A stretch of DNA of 64,000 nucleotides from Myxococcota bacterium (GCA_041611735.1 JBFIML010000002.1:1-64000); one strand, 5' to 3'. Shown: positions 9,520 through 19,659, numbered from the stretch's first letter. Notes: generated by a model not told the origin, from the letters alone. Made by a program: numbers and translations.

Positions 9520-10233
9520 CTAGGATCCCGGGGGATCTCCCAGGTGGCTCGCGATCGCCGCCTCCCACTCCTTGGGGCGGAAGAACATCGGGCCGATGCC
9601 GCCCTTGTACGCCACCCGCCCGTCGCGGCCGATCAGGTAGAGCCGTTCCGGCATGGCCGCGTAGGCCCGGGCGACGCCATCGTCCATCTCGTCCACCGCG
9701 GCGGGCATCTCGAGCGCCATCTTCAGCATGCAGGACTGACCGGCTTCGACCCGCTCCGACATGGAGCGATGCTGGCGGAGCAGAACCCCCTCCTGCTCGT
9801 TCTCCCTGACCTGCCAGCCGTCGGTGGGGTGGATCTCCTTGATGTACACCACGTAGAAGTCCACGCGGTCGCGGAAGCGGGCGTGGATGCGATTCAGGGT
9901 CCCAGCCTGGGCCCGGAAGGGCGGTCAGGTATAGCTGCCGAAGACGAGCGCCACCGGCCGCTTCCCGAGATGCCTGGAGAGCGTGAGCTCGGGGCTCCCG
10001 CTACGGCCGGAGCCCGGCAGCCACGGCAGCGAGAAGTCCGGGGCAGGCTCTCCCACCGCCACCGAACTCGTCTCGGCCGCCATGATCTCGGCGATCATCG
10101 CCGGCGCCTTCGGGTGGGAAATCGCCTCGGCCAGGGCCTTCACGGTGAGGCCGGCGAGCCGCCCGGCCGCCTCGTCGCGCTCCAGACCCTCCCGCATGCC
10201 CTCCCACATCTTGTCGAGATCGATCTTGCTCAT
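9520..10233 (-). CDS. Iodothyronine deiodinase-like selenoprotein (237 aa, Sec at codon 103, TGA 9925-9927)
   Basis: ORFs 9925..10233 and 9520..9864 are in frame; read-through gives RPVALVFGSYT-U-PPFR...VYIKEIHPTDGW...AYAAMPERLYLI...YKGGIGP, colinear with deiodinase motifs. Confidence 0.88.
9893..9918 (-). promoter_or_regulatory. Candidate bacterial SECIS hairpin
   Basis: 6 nt after UGA: UUC-C-GGG-CCCA-(GGC)-UGGG-A-CCC-U-GAA forms a bulged stem with a G-containing apical loop. Confidence 0.65.
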
Positions 10234-11036
10234 GGTCTGGCTCCCGCCGTCTTGAGCTCCACCAGCACGACCTCCAGGGGCTCGTCACTCCGGTTCTCGG
10301 GCAGGTGGGTCACGGCATCCGCCCAGGCGACCTCCCCCGCCTTCCCGGTCACGTCGGACTTGGTGCCGTCCGGGAAGGCGAAGCGCCCGTTCTGGTCGGT
10401 GACGTACACGACAACCCCGGCCGGGTGGTCGTGCATCACGGACTTCTCCTTCGGACCGTACCGGATGCGCAACACGCGAACCCGATCGTTCTCGAACTCG
10501 ACCTGGTAGTGCTTCGGATCGACCGAGACGGAGTCCCGGGCCAGGTCGAGCGACGGGCTCGGGGCCGGCGGCGGCTGGTTCTCGCTGGGCGCATCCACCA
10601 CGACCTTCCACGAACCGTCGGCCTGCTTCTTCCACAGGGTCACGTACTTGCCGGGGCGCGTCTGCGGATTCCCCGCTGCGTCGTTCGTGGTGATCTCGTA
10701 GCGGCCGAGCGTGTAGGCGAGGTCGCCACAGGCGGAGACTTCCGCCCGGGAAGCGCTCCAGGAGAGGGCGAACCCCGGCGCCCCGAACAGCTGCGCGATC
10801 GATTTCCGGATCGCTTCCGGGCCCTCGGCGGGGGGCGCCCCGCCCATCAACGTGATGCCCTCCGGCGTGAAGGCCGCGACGAAGGCATCGGCGTCTGGCG
10901 GGGTCGCGGACCACGCGCGGTCCGCTGCGAGCACGACGTTGCGCTCCGCCTCGACGTCCACCTGCGGGCCTGGGGGAGCGCACGCGGCCAGCACTGCGAT
11001 CGCGAGCCCCGGCAACAGGATGTCTCGGATCGTCAT
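10230..11036 (-). CDS. Lipoprotein fusing SnoaL/DUF4440 (NTF2-like) and cupin domains
   Basis: Lipobox LAAC; GDLAYTLGRY...GKYVTLWKKQADGSWKVVVD; Pro-rich linker; FENDRVRVLR..SVMHDHP..VTHLPEN; ATGA overlap with the selenoprotein gene. Confidence 0.82.
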   Translation of the reverse strand: MTIRDILLPGLAIAVLAACAPPGPQVDVEAERNVVLAADRAWSATPPDADAFVAAFTPEGITLMGGAPPAEGPEAIRKSIAQLFGAPGFALSWSASRAEVSACGDLAYTLGRYEITTNDAAGNPQTRPGKYVTLWKKQADGSWKVVVDAPSENQPPPAPSPSLDLARDSVSVDPKHYQVEFENDRVRVLRIRYGPKEKSVMHDHPAGVVVYVTDQNGRFAFPDGTKSDVTGKAGEVAWADAVTHLPENRSDEPLEVVLVELKTAGARP

Positions 11037-11100
11037 GGATTTCCCTCCCTCCCGGACGGTCTCGGCCCGAGCAGCCCGACCCCGGCCTGGGCGCCCCGTT

Positions 11101-11125
11101 CCACGCCGGTCTCGAATCCGGCTCC
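11101..11125. repeat. Degenerate copy of the MITE-like element end
   Basis: CCACGCCGGTCTCGAATCCGGCTCC matches 4362-4386 at 20/25 positions and likewise abuts a stop codon. Confidence 0.45.
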
Positions 11126-12642
11126 TAGCCGCCCAGGTTCACGATCACGTTCTTCACCTGCGTGTAGAGCTCGAGGGCGTGGCGGCCCATCTCACGCCCG
11201 TATCCGCTCTTCTTGTAGCCGCCGAACGGCGCGGCGGCGTCGAAGACGTTGTGGCAGTTGATCCAGACCGTCCCGGCGCGCAGACCTGCGGCGACCCGGT
11301 GGGCCTTGGCCACATCCCGCGTCCACACGCTCGCGGCGAGACCGTACTCCGTGTCGTTGGCCTGGCGCACCACCTCCTCCACGTCGTCGAAGGGTTGGAC
11401 GCAGAGCACCGGCCCGAAGATCTCCTCGCGCACCATCCGCATCTCCGAGCGCACGTCCTGGAAGACGGTCGGCTTCACGAAGTAGCCCTGCCGGAGGTCG
11501 GCGGGGCGCTCCTGGCCGCCGGTCAGCACCCGGGCCCCGTCCTCCACGCCCGAGGCGATGTAGTCACATACCCGCTGGTACTGCTCGCGAGACACGAGGG
11601 GCCCCATCGTGGTCTGCGGATTCATGCCGTCGCCGAGCCGCACACTCTCCGCGATCTTCGTGACCCGCTCCATCAGCTCGTCGCGCACCCGCGGCGCCGC
11701 GAACAGTCGGGAGCCCGCACAGCAGCACTGCCCATGGTTGAAGAAGATCGCGTCGGCCACGCCCTGGGCGGTGGTGTCCAGGTCCGCGTCGTCGAAGACG
11801 ATGGTGGGCGACTTTCCGCCGAGCTCGAGGGAAACGCGCTTCAGGTTGCCGGCCGAGGCCTCGACGATCTTATGGCCGACCTCGGTGCTGCCGGTGAAGG
11901 CCACCTTGTCGATTCCCGGGTGGCGCGCGATGGCCTCGCCCGCCTCACCGAAGCCGGTCACGACGTTGACTACCCCGTCCGGGAAGCCCGCCTCGCCCAC
12001 CAGCCTGGCCAGCAGCAGGGCCGTCAAGGGGGTCTGCTCGGCGGGCTTGAGCACGACGCAGTTGCCGCAGGCCAGTGCCGCGCCGAGCTTCCAGGCCGCC
12101 ATCAGGAGCGGAAAGTTCCACGGGATGATCTGGCCCACCACGCCCACCGGCTCGCGCAACGTGTAGTCGAGGAAGCGGGCGCCCGCCGCGACCGGCACCG
12201 AGATCGGGATCGTCTCACCCTCGATCTTCGTGGCCCAGCCCGCGTAGTAGCGGAGGTGATCCACGGTGAGCGGCACGTCCGCGGCGCGCGCCACCGCCAG
12301 GGGCTTGCCGTTGTCCAGCGTCTCGAGTTGGGCGAACTGCTCGGTGTGCGCCTCGACGAGATCCGCCAGCTTCCAGAGCCGCTTTCCGCGCTCGCTCGGG
12401 GTCGTCCGCCGCCAGGGCCCTTCCTCGAAGGCACGGCGCGCTGCGCGCACGGCCGCATCCACGTCCGTGGCGTCTCCCTTCTGGACGTGCGCGATGACGT
12501 CCTCGCGGGCGGGATTCTCGACGGCGAAGGTCTCGCCGCTCCGGCTCGGCACCCAGCGGCCGCCGATCAGGTGCCGGTGCTCCCCGCGCAGGAATGCGCT
12601 CACCTCGGGGTGGGTCGGGATGGGGGCGGTGGTGGCGCTCAT
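11125..12642 (-). CDS. NAD-dependent aldehyde dehydrogenase
   Basis: [39 protein letters not shown]; start re-called at MSATTAP with GGAGG RBS. Confidence 0.94.
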   Translation of the reverse strand: MSATTAPIPTHPEVSAFLRGEHRHLIGGRWVPSRSGETFAVENPAREDVIAHVQKGDATDVDAAVRAARRAFEEGPWRRTTPSERGKRLWKLADLVEAHTEQFAQLETLDNGKPLAVARAADVPLTVDHLRYYAGWATKIEGETIPISVPVAAGARFLDYTLREPVGVVGQIIPWNFPLLMAAWKLGAALACGNCVVLKPAEQTPLTALLLARLVGEAGFPDGVVNVVTGFGEAGEAIARHPGIDKVAFTGSTEVGHKIVEASAGNLKRVSLELGGKSPTIVFDDADLDTTAQGVADAIFFNHGQCCCAGSRLFAAPRVRDELMERVTKIAESVRLGDGMNPQTTMGPLVSREQYQRVCDYIASGVEDGARVLTGGQERPADLRQGYFVKPTVFQDVRSEMRMVREEIFGPVLCVQPFDDVEEVVRQANDTEYGLAASVWTRDVAKAHRVAAGLRAGTVWINCHNVFDAAAPFGGYKKSGYGREMGRHALELYTQVKNVIVNLGG

Positions 12643-12796
12643 GGGGGACCTCCGATCGTCCTCCAGGAGTATGCCGCCGTTTCGGAGGCTTCGGAAGCTC
12701 GGAGTTGCGACCGGCGGGCGGGGTTCCCGGGGAGTAGAATGACACCGATAGCCCGGTTCGGCGCCGGGCCGAGCGCACCGACGGCCTCGCCCGGGC

Positions 12797-13333
12797 TTCG
12801 TCCGGAAGCTGGCCGACTCCGCGGGCAGCGCTTCGGAGCTGAGCGCCTCGACCCCAGTCCTCTCCCTTCTCGGCACGCATGGCGACGAGCAGGCGTGGAA
12901 CGACCGCCGCCAATCGAAGGGGCACGTGGGCATTCCGTTGATGTCCTCGGCGCTCGTCGGCGGCATCCCGATGATCTCCCGGCTGCTGAAGGAGCTCGGC
13001 GTCCCGATCGAGTGGGTCGACCGGCAGGATGCACGGGTGATCCAGGAGATCCTCGGCACGTCCGAGAGCCTGTTCTGCGTCGAGGAAGCGGACCAGGCGA
13101 CGGACGACCAGGGCCGCAAGATCATCGTCGCCCAGGACGACTTTGTATCGCGCCGCAAGATCCGAAGCGTATTCGGAATCGGCGGCGCATACGCGGGCGG
13201 GGAGATCGTCGTCGTGATCGTCTTCGGCCACGATCGTTTCGCTCGCGAGCAGGCGGAGCAGTTCCTGCCGCTGGTGGGGCTGTTCAAGGCCAGCACGGCC
13301 CCGTTGGTGGCGAGCCGGAGGATCTTCCACTGA
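12797..13333 (+). pseudogene. Probable 5'-truncated hypothetical gene fragment
   Basis: Protein-like sequence ([10 protein letters not shown]...[23 protein letters not shown]) continues upstream of GTG 12926 back towards stop TAG 12749-12751 with no ATG/GTG/TTG start or RBS. Confidence 0.45.
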
Positions 13334-13452
13334 GCCCCCAGGGAGCGCGGAGCCCGTCGCGGCAGCCGCGCCTGTGATGCCCATCATGTTCCGGCGGACC
13401 GGCGGCTCCGATCGGCTGGAGGACGCGCGACGGCGGGAGGGCCGACCCGCGC

Positions 13453-15483
13453 GTGCATCCCGGGGTCGAAGTGGCCGGAAAGCCCGACCTTACGCGCCGC
13501 GCCTTGCTCCTCGCCGCAGGGGCGGGGGCCCTCGCGACCGCCGCCTCGGCGGCGTTGCCGGCCCGCCGCCGCGCCCGCGCCGCCGCCCGGGAGGCCGCGG
13601 CGGAAGCGGCGCCGCAGGGCCGTCACCCCACGCGCCCCGGCCCGGGGCCGCTGGCCGGCCCAGCGACCGCGGCGGCGGCGCCCCCGCCGGCCGAACCACC
13701 GCCCCTTGCCGGGGCGCAGTTGCGCGGGCGTGTGCCGCCCCCGGGGCTGGCATCGGCCGCACCGGCGCCACGCGACGGCTTGCGGGACGTGGCCGGAGCC
13801 CCCGTCTATCGCGAGCGGCGCATCGCGCTGGCTTCGGATTGGGTCCGGACGGATCGGAGGGCTCCGCCCCCGGCCTTCCTCCGCAGGCAGCCGCAGCCCT
13901 TCTCCCCGCCGACCCCGGAGACGGAGGCCGTCGCGCCGCCCCTGGATCGGCCTTCGAGACGCCTCGCGCCGCGGCTCCCAGGAGGGTCGGCGGGAGATGC
14001 GACGGCATCGGGCGGCGAGGCCGGGGGCTCGCCCGCCCCCGCCGTGGCGGCTCCGCCCGGGGTCTCCAGCCTTCCGGCCGGCCCGGACCGGCAGCCCCTG
14101 GTGAGCCTGAGCCCGGAGGTGCGCCACGTCATCGCGCGGCTCACCTATGGCCCGACGCCCGCCCTCGTGGCGGAGGTGGAGGCCATCGGGCCCGCGGCCT
14201 TCGTCCAGCAGCAGCTCGACCCCGCCCGCCTCGACGACGCCGCCCTCGAAGGGGTGCTGGCCCGTTCGCCGGTCCTCGGACGCAGCGCTGCGGAGCTGCG
14301 CGACGGCAACTGGTCGCTCATCAAGCGCGAGCTCCGTCACGCGGTCCTGCTGCGCGCGCTCTGGAGCCGTCGTCAGCTCCACCAGCGCATGGTCGATTTC
14401 TGGAGCGACCACTTCAACGTCTGGATCGGGAAGGGCCTCACGCTTCCCTACCTGGTTCCCTACGTCCGCGACGTGATCCGGCCCCACGCCATGGGTCGCT
14501 TCGTGGATCTGCTGCGGGCCACGGCGCAGAGCCCGGCCATGCTCCACTACCTGGACAACGCCCGAAGCCGCGGCGACAACCCCAACGAGAACTACGGCCG
14601 CGAGCTGCTCGAGCTCCACAGCGTCGGAGTGGACGCAGGCTACACCAACGAGGACGTGCGGAATGCCTCCCTCCTGCTCTCGGGCTGGACGATCGGCGAG
14701 GACCACCGCTTCCGCTTCCGTCCGGAGTGGCACCACGAGGGCCCGTTGCGGGTGATGGACTTCGCGAGCGCCGGGACGGGTGGCCAGGCCGACGGCCTGG
14801 CCCTCCTGGACCACCTCGCCCGACACCCGGCCACGGCCCGCTTCCTCGCCTACAAGCTGTGTCGCCGCTTCGTGCAGGACGATCCCCCCGAGGCGCTGGT
14901 GGAGAGCGCCGCGGACATCTACCTGGCGAACGACACGGCGATCGTTCCCGTGCTGCGCCATCTGTTGGGCAGCGCGACCTTCTGGGAGAGCGCAGGGAAG
15001 AAGCTGCGGCGGCCCTTCGACTACCTGGTCGCGGTCCTGCGCGTGCTGGGAGCGTCGCCGGAGACCGCGGGAGGAAGCGACGCCGCACGCTGGCTCCAGG
15101 ACTGGATGGCGCGGCTCGGCCAGCCGCTCTTCGAATGGCTCGATCCCGACGGCTACCCGGACCGGGCGGCCGCGTGGCTGGGAAGCGAGGCGCTGCGCCA
15201 GCGCTGGGGCTTCGCGGGAACCCTGGCCCATGGCTGGACTCGCGGCGTGGCCGTGGACCTGTCGGGGCTACTGCCCGACCCGCTTCCCGCCACGGCGGGC
15301 GAGCTGGTGGGCGCGGCGGGGGCACGCCTCCATGCCGGTCCCCTCCCCCGCTGGCTGTGGTCCGCCCTGCTGGACTTCCTGGGCGTCCCGGCGGACGCGC
15401 CGCTTACGCCCCGGCTGCTGGAGAGCCACGGGCCGGCGCTGGCGGCCCTGCTCCTGGCCTCGCCCGACTGGCAGCGCTGCTGA
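13453..15483 (+). CDS. DUF1800 family protein with Tat-like signal and long Pro/Ala-rich linker
   Basis: LTRRALL; MVDFWSDHFNV, SPAMLHYLDN, NENYGRELLELHSVG, HPATARFLAYKLCRRFV. Confidence 0.85.
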   Translation: MHPGVEVAGKPDLTRRALLLAAGAGALATAASAALPARRRARAAAREAAAEAAPQGRHPTRPGPGPLAGPATAAAAPPPAEPPPLAGAQLRGRVPPPGLASAAPAPRDGLRDVAGAPVYRERRIALASDWVRTDRRAPPPAFLRRQPQPFSPPTPETEAVAPPLDRPSRRLAPRLPGGSAGDATASGGEAGGSPAPAVAAPPGVSSLPAGPDRQPLVSLSPEVRHVIARLTYGPTPALVAEVEAIGPAAFVQQQLDPARLDDAALEGVLARSPVLGRSAAELRDGNWSLIKRELRHAVLLRALWSRRQLHQRMVDFWSDHFNVWIGKGLTLPYLVPYVRDVIRPHAMGRFVDLLRATAQSPAMLHYLDNARSRGDNPNENYGRELLELHSVGVDAGYTNEDVRNASLLLSGWTIGEDHRFRFRPEWHHEGPLRVMDFASAGTGGQADGLALLDHLARHPATARFLAYKLCRRFVQDDPPEALVESAADIYLANDTAIVPVLRHLLGSATFWESAGKKLRRPFDYLVAVLRVLGASPETAGGSDAARWLQDWMARLGQPLFEWLDPDGYPDRAAAWLGSEALRQRWGFAGTLAHGWTRGVAVDLSGLLPDPLPATAGELVGAAGARLHAGPLPRWLWSALLDFLGVPADAPLTPRLLESHGPALAALLLASPDWQRC

Positions 15484-15501
15484 GTTCGCCCGGAGACTCC
15501 C

Positions 15502-16767
15502 ATGAGCCACCGTCCCGCCTTCACGCTCACGCGACGCCGCTTCCTCCAGGGAAGCGGAGCCCTCGGCTTCGGCGGAGCGCTGCTGGCCGCAGCCGGCCCG
15601 CTCCCCGCCCACGCTGCGCCGGGACGACCCGGGCGGGGCGACGCCCTCGTCGTGGTCTTCCTGCGCGGGGGCCTCGACGCGCTCTCCGCTTGTGTTCCCT
15701 ACCAGGAGCCCCTCTACTTCACGCGCCGCCCGACGCTCGCCGTTCCGGCGAGCCGCGTGCTCGACCTGGACGGGCGCTTCGGGCTCCACCCGGCGTTGGC
15801 GCCGCTGCACGAGATCTTCCAGGAGGGCGACCTCGCCGTGGTCCAGGCGGTGGGACATCCCGCCGTGAACCGCAGCCACTTCACGGCCCAGGAGCTGTGG
15901 GAGCGTGGCTTCGTGGTGGATCCGTTCGTGCCGGGGTGGGTGGCCCGTCATCTGGCCGGGACACCGGCGGACGGCGCACTGCGCGCGGTAGCGAGCCATC
16001 CCCGGCTCCCCCTGGCGCTGCGCGGAGCCTCCGGCGCCATCGCCGTGAATCACGTGGAGGGCTACGGCCTGGAGGGCTTTGCGAACTACGAGAAGCAAGC
16101 GGTGATGGCGACCCTGTCCGGCCTCTACCCGGGAGCGGACCTCCTCGCCGAGGAGCTGGCCACCAGCGCGGAGCTGGCCCGGGACGCGATCCAGGCCGTC
16201 GCCGCCGTGGACCGGCTCGACGACACGCCGGCCCACGGCGCCGTCTACCCGGACACGACCTTGGGCCGTCGCCTGAGGGACGTCGCGCGCATGCTGCGCG
16301 CACCCCAGGCGATCCCGCTCGACGCCGCGTGGATCGACGTTCCGGACTACGACACCCATGCGGACCAGGGGACCTGGAAGGAGGGTCACCTGCGAAACCT
16401 CCTCGACGAGCTCGCTCGCGCCCTGCATGCCTTCCACACCGATCTGCTGGACGTCCGGAACGAGGTCACCCTGGTCGTGGCCAGCGAGTTCGGCCGGCAG
16501 GTGCACGAGAACGGAAGCGGCGGCACCGATCATGGCGATGGTGGCTGCCTGTTCGTCATGGGGGGCGGTGTGCGTGGCGGCGTCTACGGCCGCTGGCCGG
16601 GACTCGCCGACGAAGTCCTGGTGCGCTTCTCGGGCCTCGCCGTCACCACGGACTTCCGGGACGTGCTGGCGGAGATCGTGGAGAAGCGTCTCGGCCACCC
16701 CGACGCTGGGGTCGTCTTCCCCGGGCATCTGGCGCAGCCGCTCGGCCTGGTGGACGGCGTCGCCTGA
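15502..16767 (+). CDS. DUF1501 family protein, Tat-exported
   Basis: TRRRFL; VFLRGGLDAL, RSHF, YDTHADQ, SEFGR..ENGSGGTDHG; usual partner of DUF1800. Confidence 0.88.
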   Translation: MSHRPAFTLTRRRFLQGSGALGFGGALLAAAGPLPAHAAPGRPGRGDALVVVFLRGGLDALSACVPYQEPLYFTRRPTLAVPASRVLDLDGRFGLHPALAPLHEIFQEGDLAVVQAVGHPAVNRSHFTAQELWERGFVVDPFVPGWVARHLAGTPADGALRAVASHPRLPLALRGASGAIAVNHVEGYGLEGFANYEKQAVMATLSGLYPGADLLAEELATSAELARDAIQAVAAVDRLDDTPAHGAVYPDTTLGRRLRDVARMLRAPQAIPLDAAWIDVPDYDTHADQGTWKEGHLRNLLDELARALHAFHTDLLDVRNEVTLVVASEFGRQVHENGSGGTDHGDGGCLFVMGGGVRGGVYGRWPGLADEVLVRFSGLAVTTDFRDVLAEIVEKRLGHPDAGVVFPGHLAQPLGLVDGVA

Positions 16768-16897
16768 CGCCGCCGGCCCGGGCGACGTTCACCCCGCGGG
16801 GCGAACGCGTCGAGGAGATCCGATTTCGCTTGCCGCGGGTCCTCCGCCCTCGGAGAATCGCCGTCCGCCAGGGGTGCATCGCTCGGGTAGACGCGAC

Positions 16898-17662
16898 ATG
16901 CTGCTTCGTGCGGCCGATGTGGGCGCCTGTCTCAGGCTGGTCGGGGAGGTCGGGGTGTCCGCTTCGGACGCCCCGACCCGAAGAGCGCGCGTTCTCTCCG
17001 GGCTCGCTTCCATCGTCGAGGCGGACGTCTGGACCTGGACCTTGCAGCGCCTCGACGGGGAGGCGCCCGCCCACCTTCCGGTGATCGAGGGCGGCTGGGT
17101 CGATGCGGCCCAGAAGGTCGCGTGGCTGCGGGGCGCCCACGCCCCGGAAAGCCGGCTCCTGCTGGGCCGGCTCGCCCCCCATCTGGACCGGCACTGCACC
17201 TTTGTGCGTCGCGATCTCCTGGACGACGCCGCCTGGTACGCCTCGGAGTACTACCGGAAGTACCGGGAGCCGGCAGGGCTGGACGACCTCCTGCTCTCGC
17301 TGTTCCCGGCGGGGCCCGGCGTGCAGAGCGCGCTGCGATTGCAGCGCTTCCAGGGACGGCCGTGCTTCGACGCCCGGGAGCGGGACCTGGTCCACCTGGT
17401 GACGGAGGCCGTCGAGTGGCTCCATCGCCCCGACCTCCCGGAGGGCGGCTTCCCGGCTCTGGACGGTCTGACGCCTCGCGCGCAGCAGGTGCTCTATCTG
17501 CTGCTCCAGGGCCAGGGCAAGCAGCAGATCGCGCAGCAGCTGTGCCTGAGCCGCCACACCGTGAGCGACTACCTGAAGGTCCTGCACCGGCACTTCGGCG
17601 TCCACACCCGCGCCGAGCTGCTCGCCCGCTTCATTCGCGACGCCGCGCCACCCCGGCCGTGA
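16898..17662 (+). CDS. LuxR-family helix-turn-helix regulator with GAF-like N-terminus
   Basis: LTPRAQQVLYLLLQG..KQQIAQQLCLSRHTVSDYLKVLHRHFGVHTRAEL; start uncertain (GTG 16874 possible). Confidence 0.82.
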   Translation: MLLRAADVGACLRLVGEVGVSASDAPTRRARVLSGLASIVEADVWTWTLQRLDGEAPAHLPVIEGGWVDAAQKVAWLRGAHAPESRLLLGRLAPHLDRHCTFVRRDLLDDAAWYASEYYRKYREPAGLDDLLLSLFPAGPGVQSALRLQRFQGRPCFDARERDLVHLVTEAVEWLHRPDLPEGGFPALDGLTPRAQQVLYLLLQGQGKQQIAQQLCLSRHTVSDYLKVLHRHFGVHTRAELLARFIRDAAPPRP

Positions 17663-17995
17663 GCCCGAAGTCCAGCCGGGGGAGCGCGCCCCGCCCGCCA
17701 GCCGCACGCGCACCGGTCACCGGGCCGGAGCTCGAACCGATGGAGAGGGGCTTCCCCCCCACCGGCGTTCCGGGTATGCTGCAGTCCGTGCGGTCCCGTC
17801 CCCTGGAGCTCGCTTCGCTGGCGTCCGCCAGCCTGGTGCGCTGGTGTCTGCGACGCAGCACCAGCACCGAAGCCGTCTAGCTCGCAACTCCCCGCCTCCT
17901 CCAGCACCCGACCCCTGCCCGGGCAGTGCCCCGGGCAGGCGAAGACGACACGTGTCGACGGGCCCCGGCTCGGGACGCCCGTCCGGGAAGAACGA

Positions 17996-18709
17996 ATGTC
18001 GGTCCAGAACCGCTCGCGAACTCCGCGCTGGGGATGGCGACTCGTTTTCGCCGCCTGGGCCTGCCTCGCCATGGGGGCGGCGCCCGCCGGCGCGCTCACC
18101 ATCCCCCTCGACGTGGAGCTCGACACCGGAGGCGCCGGCCGCTTCGGCAGCGTCACCGTCGCCCCGAACGGCCCGAGCCTCGACTTCGGGGTGGTCGTCG
18201 GAGCGGACCTCGGACCCCGAGCCGACCTCCACGCCTTCTACCTGAATCTCGTGCCGGACGGGGCCCAGGTGTTCACCAACCTCCGCATCACCGCCAGCAA
18301 CGCCCCCTGGACGCCGTACACCCTCGCCTTCCCCGCCGGTCCCGTCTTCGGCGGCGCCGGTGCCGCCTTCGACGTGCGGGTGGGCTTCGGATCGGGAGCC
18401 GGCCGCAAGGGCAATGGCGTGCTCCAGTTCGCCCTCTTCACGCTCTCCGCGGACCAGCCCCTGGGGCTCGACAACCTCTGGCAGCTCTCCTTCCCGAACA
18501 AGGCGGGTCCCGTGCACGTCGCCGCCCACGTGCAGGGCACCTCCTGGCCGCGGGGAGCGAATTCGATCCTGGTGGGCGGAGCGGCCCTCCCGGTGGTTGC
18601 GGTCCCGGAGCCGACCCCCGCGGTGCTGGTCGCCGTGGGCCTGGTCGCCCTGGCCGGGGGAAGGCGCTGGCGAGTCGCACGGCGCTACTTCCGGGGCCGG
18701 CTGCCGTAG
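17996..18709 (+). CDS. PEP-CTERM sorting domain protein
   Basis: Signal peptide; C-terminal VPEP + hydrophobic helix + RRWR basic tail. Confidence 0.85.
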   Translation: MSVQNRSRTPRWGWRLVFAAWACLAMGAAPAGALTIPLDVELDTGGAGRFGSVTVAPNGPSLDFGVVVGADLGPRADLHAFYLNLVPDGAQVFTNLRITASNAPWTPYTLAFPAGPVFGGAGAAFDVRVGFGSGAGRKGNGVLQFALFTLSADQPLGLDNLWQLSFPNKAGPVHVAAHVQGTSWPRGANSILVGGAALPVVAVPEPTPAVLVAVGLVALAGGRRWRVARRYFRGRLP

Positions 18710-19566
18710 TCCTGGAAGGGGTCGTCGCGCTCGCGCACCGCCTCGCGAAAGCCCACCTCCCCGGCGCGCCGGACGAAGTCGAGCCCCTCCTGGGTGTGGC
18801 GCGCCACGCCGTCGAAGAGGGTGCCGAGCAGGCGGCTCGACGCGAAGCCCATGTTCTCCACGGTCTGGTTCACCAGCAGCTTCATCATGACGAGCTGATT
18901 GGTGGGAAGCCGCGCCATGCGGCGCGCCAGGTCCGTGGCTCGGGCCTCGAGCTCCGCGTCGGGCACCGCCTCCAGGATGAGTCCGATGCGCGCCGCTTCC
19001 GGCGCGGGGATCTCGTCGCCGGTCAGGAGATAGCGCTTGGCCCGCTCGAGCCCCATGCGGTAGACCCACATGGCGGTGGTGGGCGTGCCCCAGACCCGCG
19101 CGGGCGGGTAGCCGAAGACGGCGCTCTCGCCGGCCACGATCAGGTCCGCGCACAGCACCAGGTCCGTTCCGCCGCCGAGGCACCAGCCCTGGACCGCGGC
19201 GAGCACGGGCTTCTTCGCGTACCAGAGCTTCAGGTAGGTCTCCACGAAGCGTCCCATCATGCGCAGGTCCGCCACCGAATCCCAGCTGCGCGGCCTGCGC
19301 CCGGCGTCCGGCTGCTCGTGCGGCCGCGCCGCGCCGGCGGCCTCCCGGGCCTGGGCGGCCGTGGCCCAGTCCAGGCCGTAGCCGGCGCAGAAGGCGGGCC
19401 CCTCGGCACGCAGCAGGACCACGCGCACGTCCGGGTCGGCGTCGGCCTGCTCCACCGCCGCCGCCAGCTCGTCCCGGAGCGTCGGCGTGAGGGTGTTGTA
19501 TGCGCGGGGCCGGCAGAGCACGAGGTGCCGCACGCCGTCCGCGGTCTCGCTGCGAAGCGTCTCCAA
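18685..19566 (-). CDS. Crotonase/enoyl-CoA hydratase family protein
   Basis: AFCAGYGL, AVQGWCLGGGTDLVLCAD, FGYPPARVWG; TTG start with GGGAGG RBS. Confidence 0.88.
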   Translation of the reverse strand: METLRSETADGVRHLVLCRPRAYNTLTPTLRDELAAAVEQADADPDVRVVLLRAEGPAFCAGYGLDWATAAQAREAAGAARPHEQPDAGRRPRSWDSVADLRMMGRFVETYLKLWYAKKPVLAAVQGWCLGGGTDLVLCADLIVAGESAVFGYPPARVWGTPTTAMWVYRMGLERAKRYLLTGDEIPAPEAARIGLILEAVPDAELEARATDLARRMARLPTNQLVMMKLLVNQTVENMGFASSRLLGTLFDGVARHTQEGLDFVRRAGEVGFREAVRERDDPFQDYGSRPRK

Positions 19567-19659
19567 GCACCCTCCCGACCTGCCGTCGCAGGGTATCGCA
19601 AGAAGGGTCTCAAACCGGGCGGCCCGTCGGCCGATCGGTGGGGCTGGAGGGTTCGCCGG

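Noticed and set aside
9520-10233. Two separate small genes or a nonsense pseudogene
   Set aside because: The TGA sits exactly at the deiodinase Sec position and is followed by a hairpin; both halves keep their motifs
15478-15504. Cys-TGA at the DUF1800 end, in frame with DUF1501
   Set aside because: Matches the usual DUF1800 C-terminus; DUF1501 has its own RBS and Tat leader; no SECIS-like stem seen
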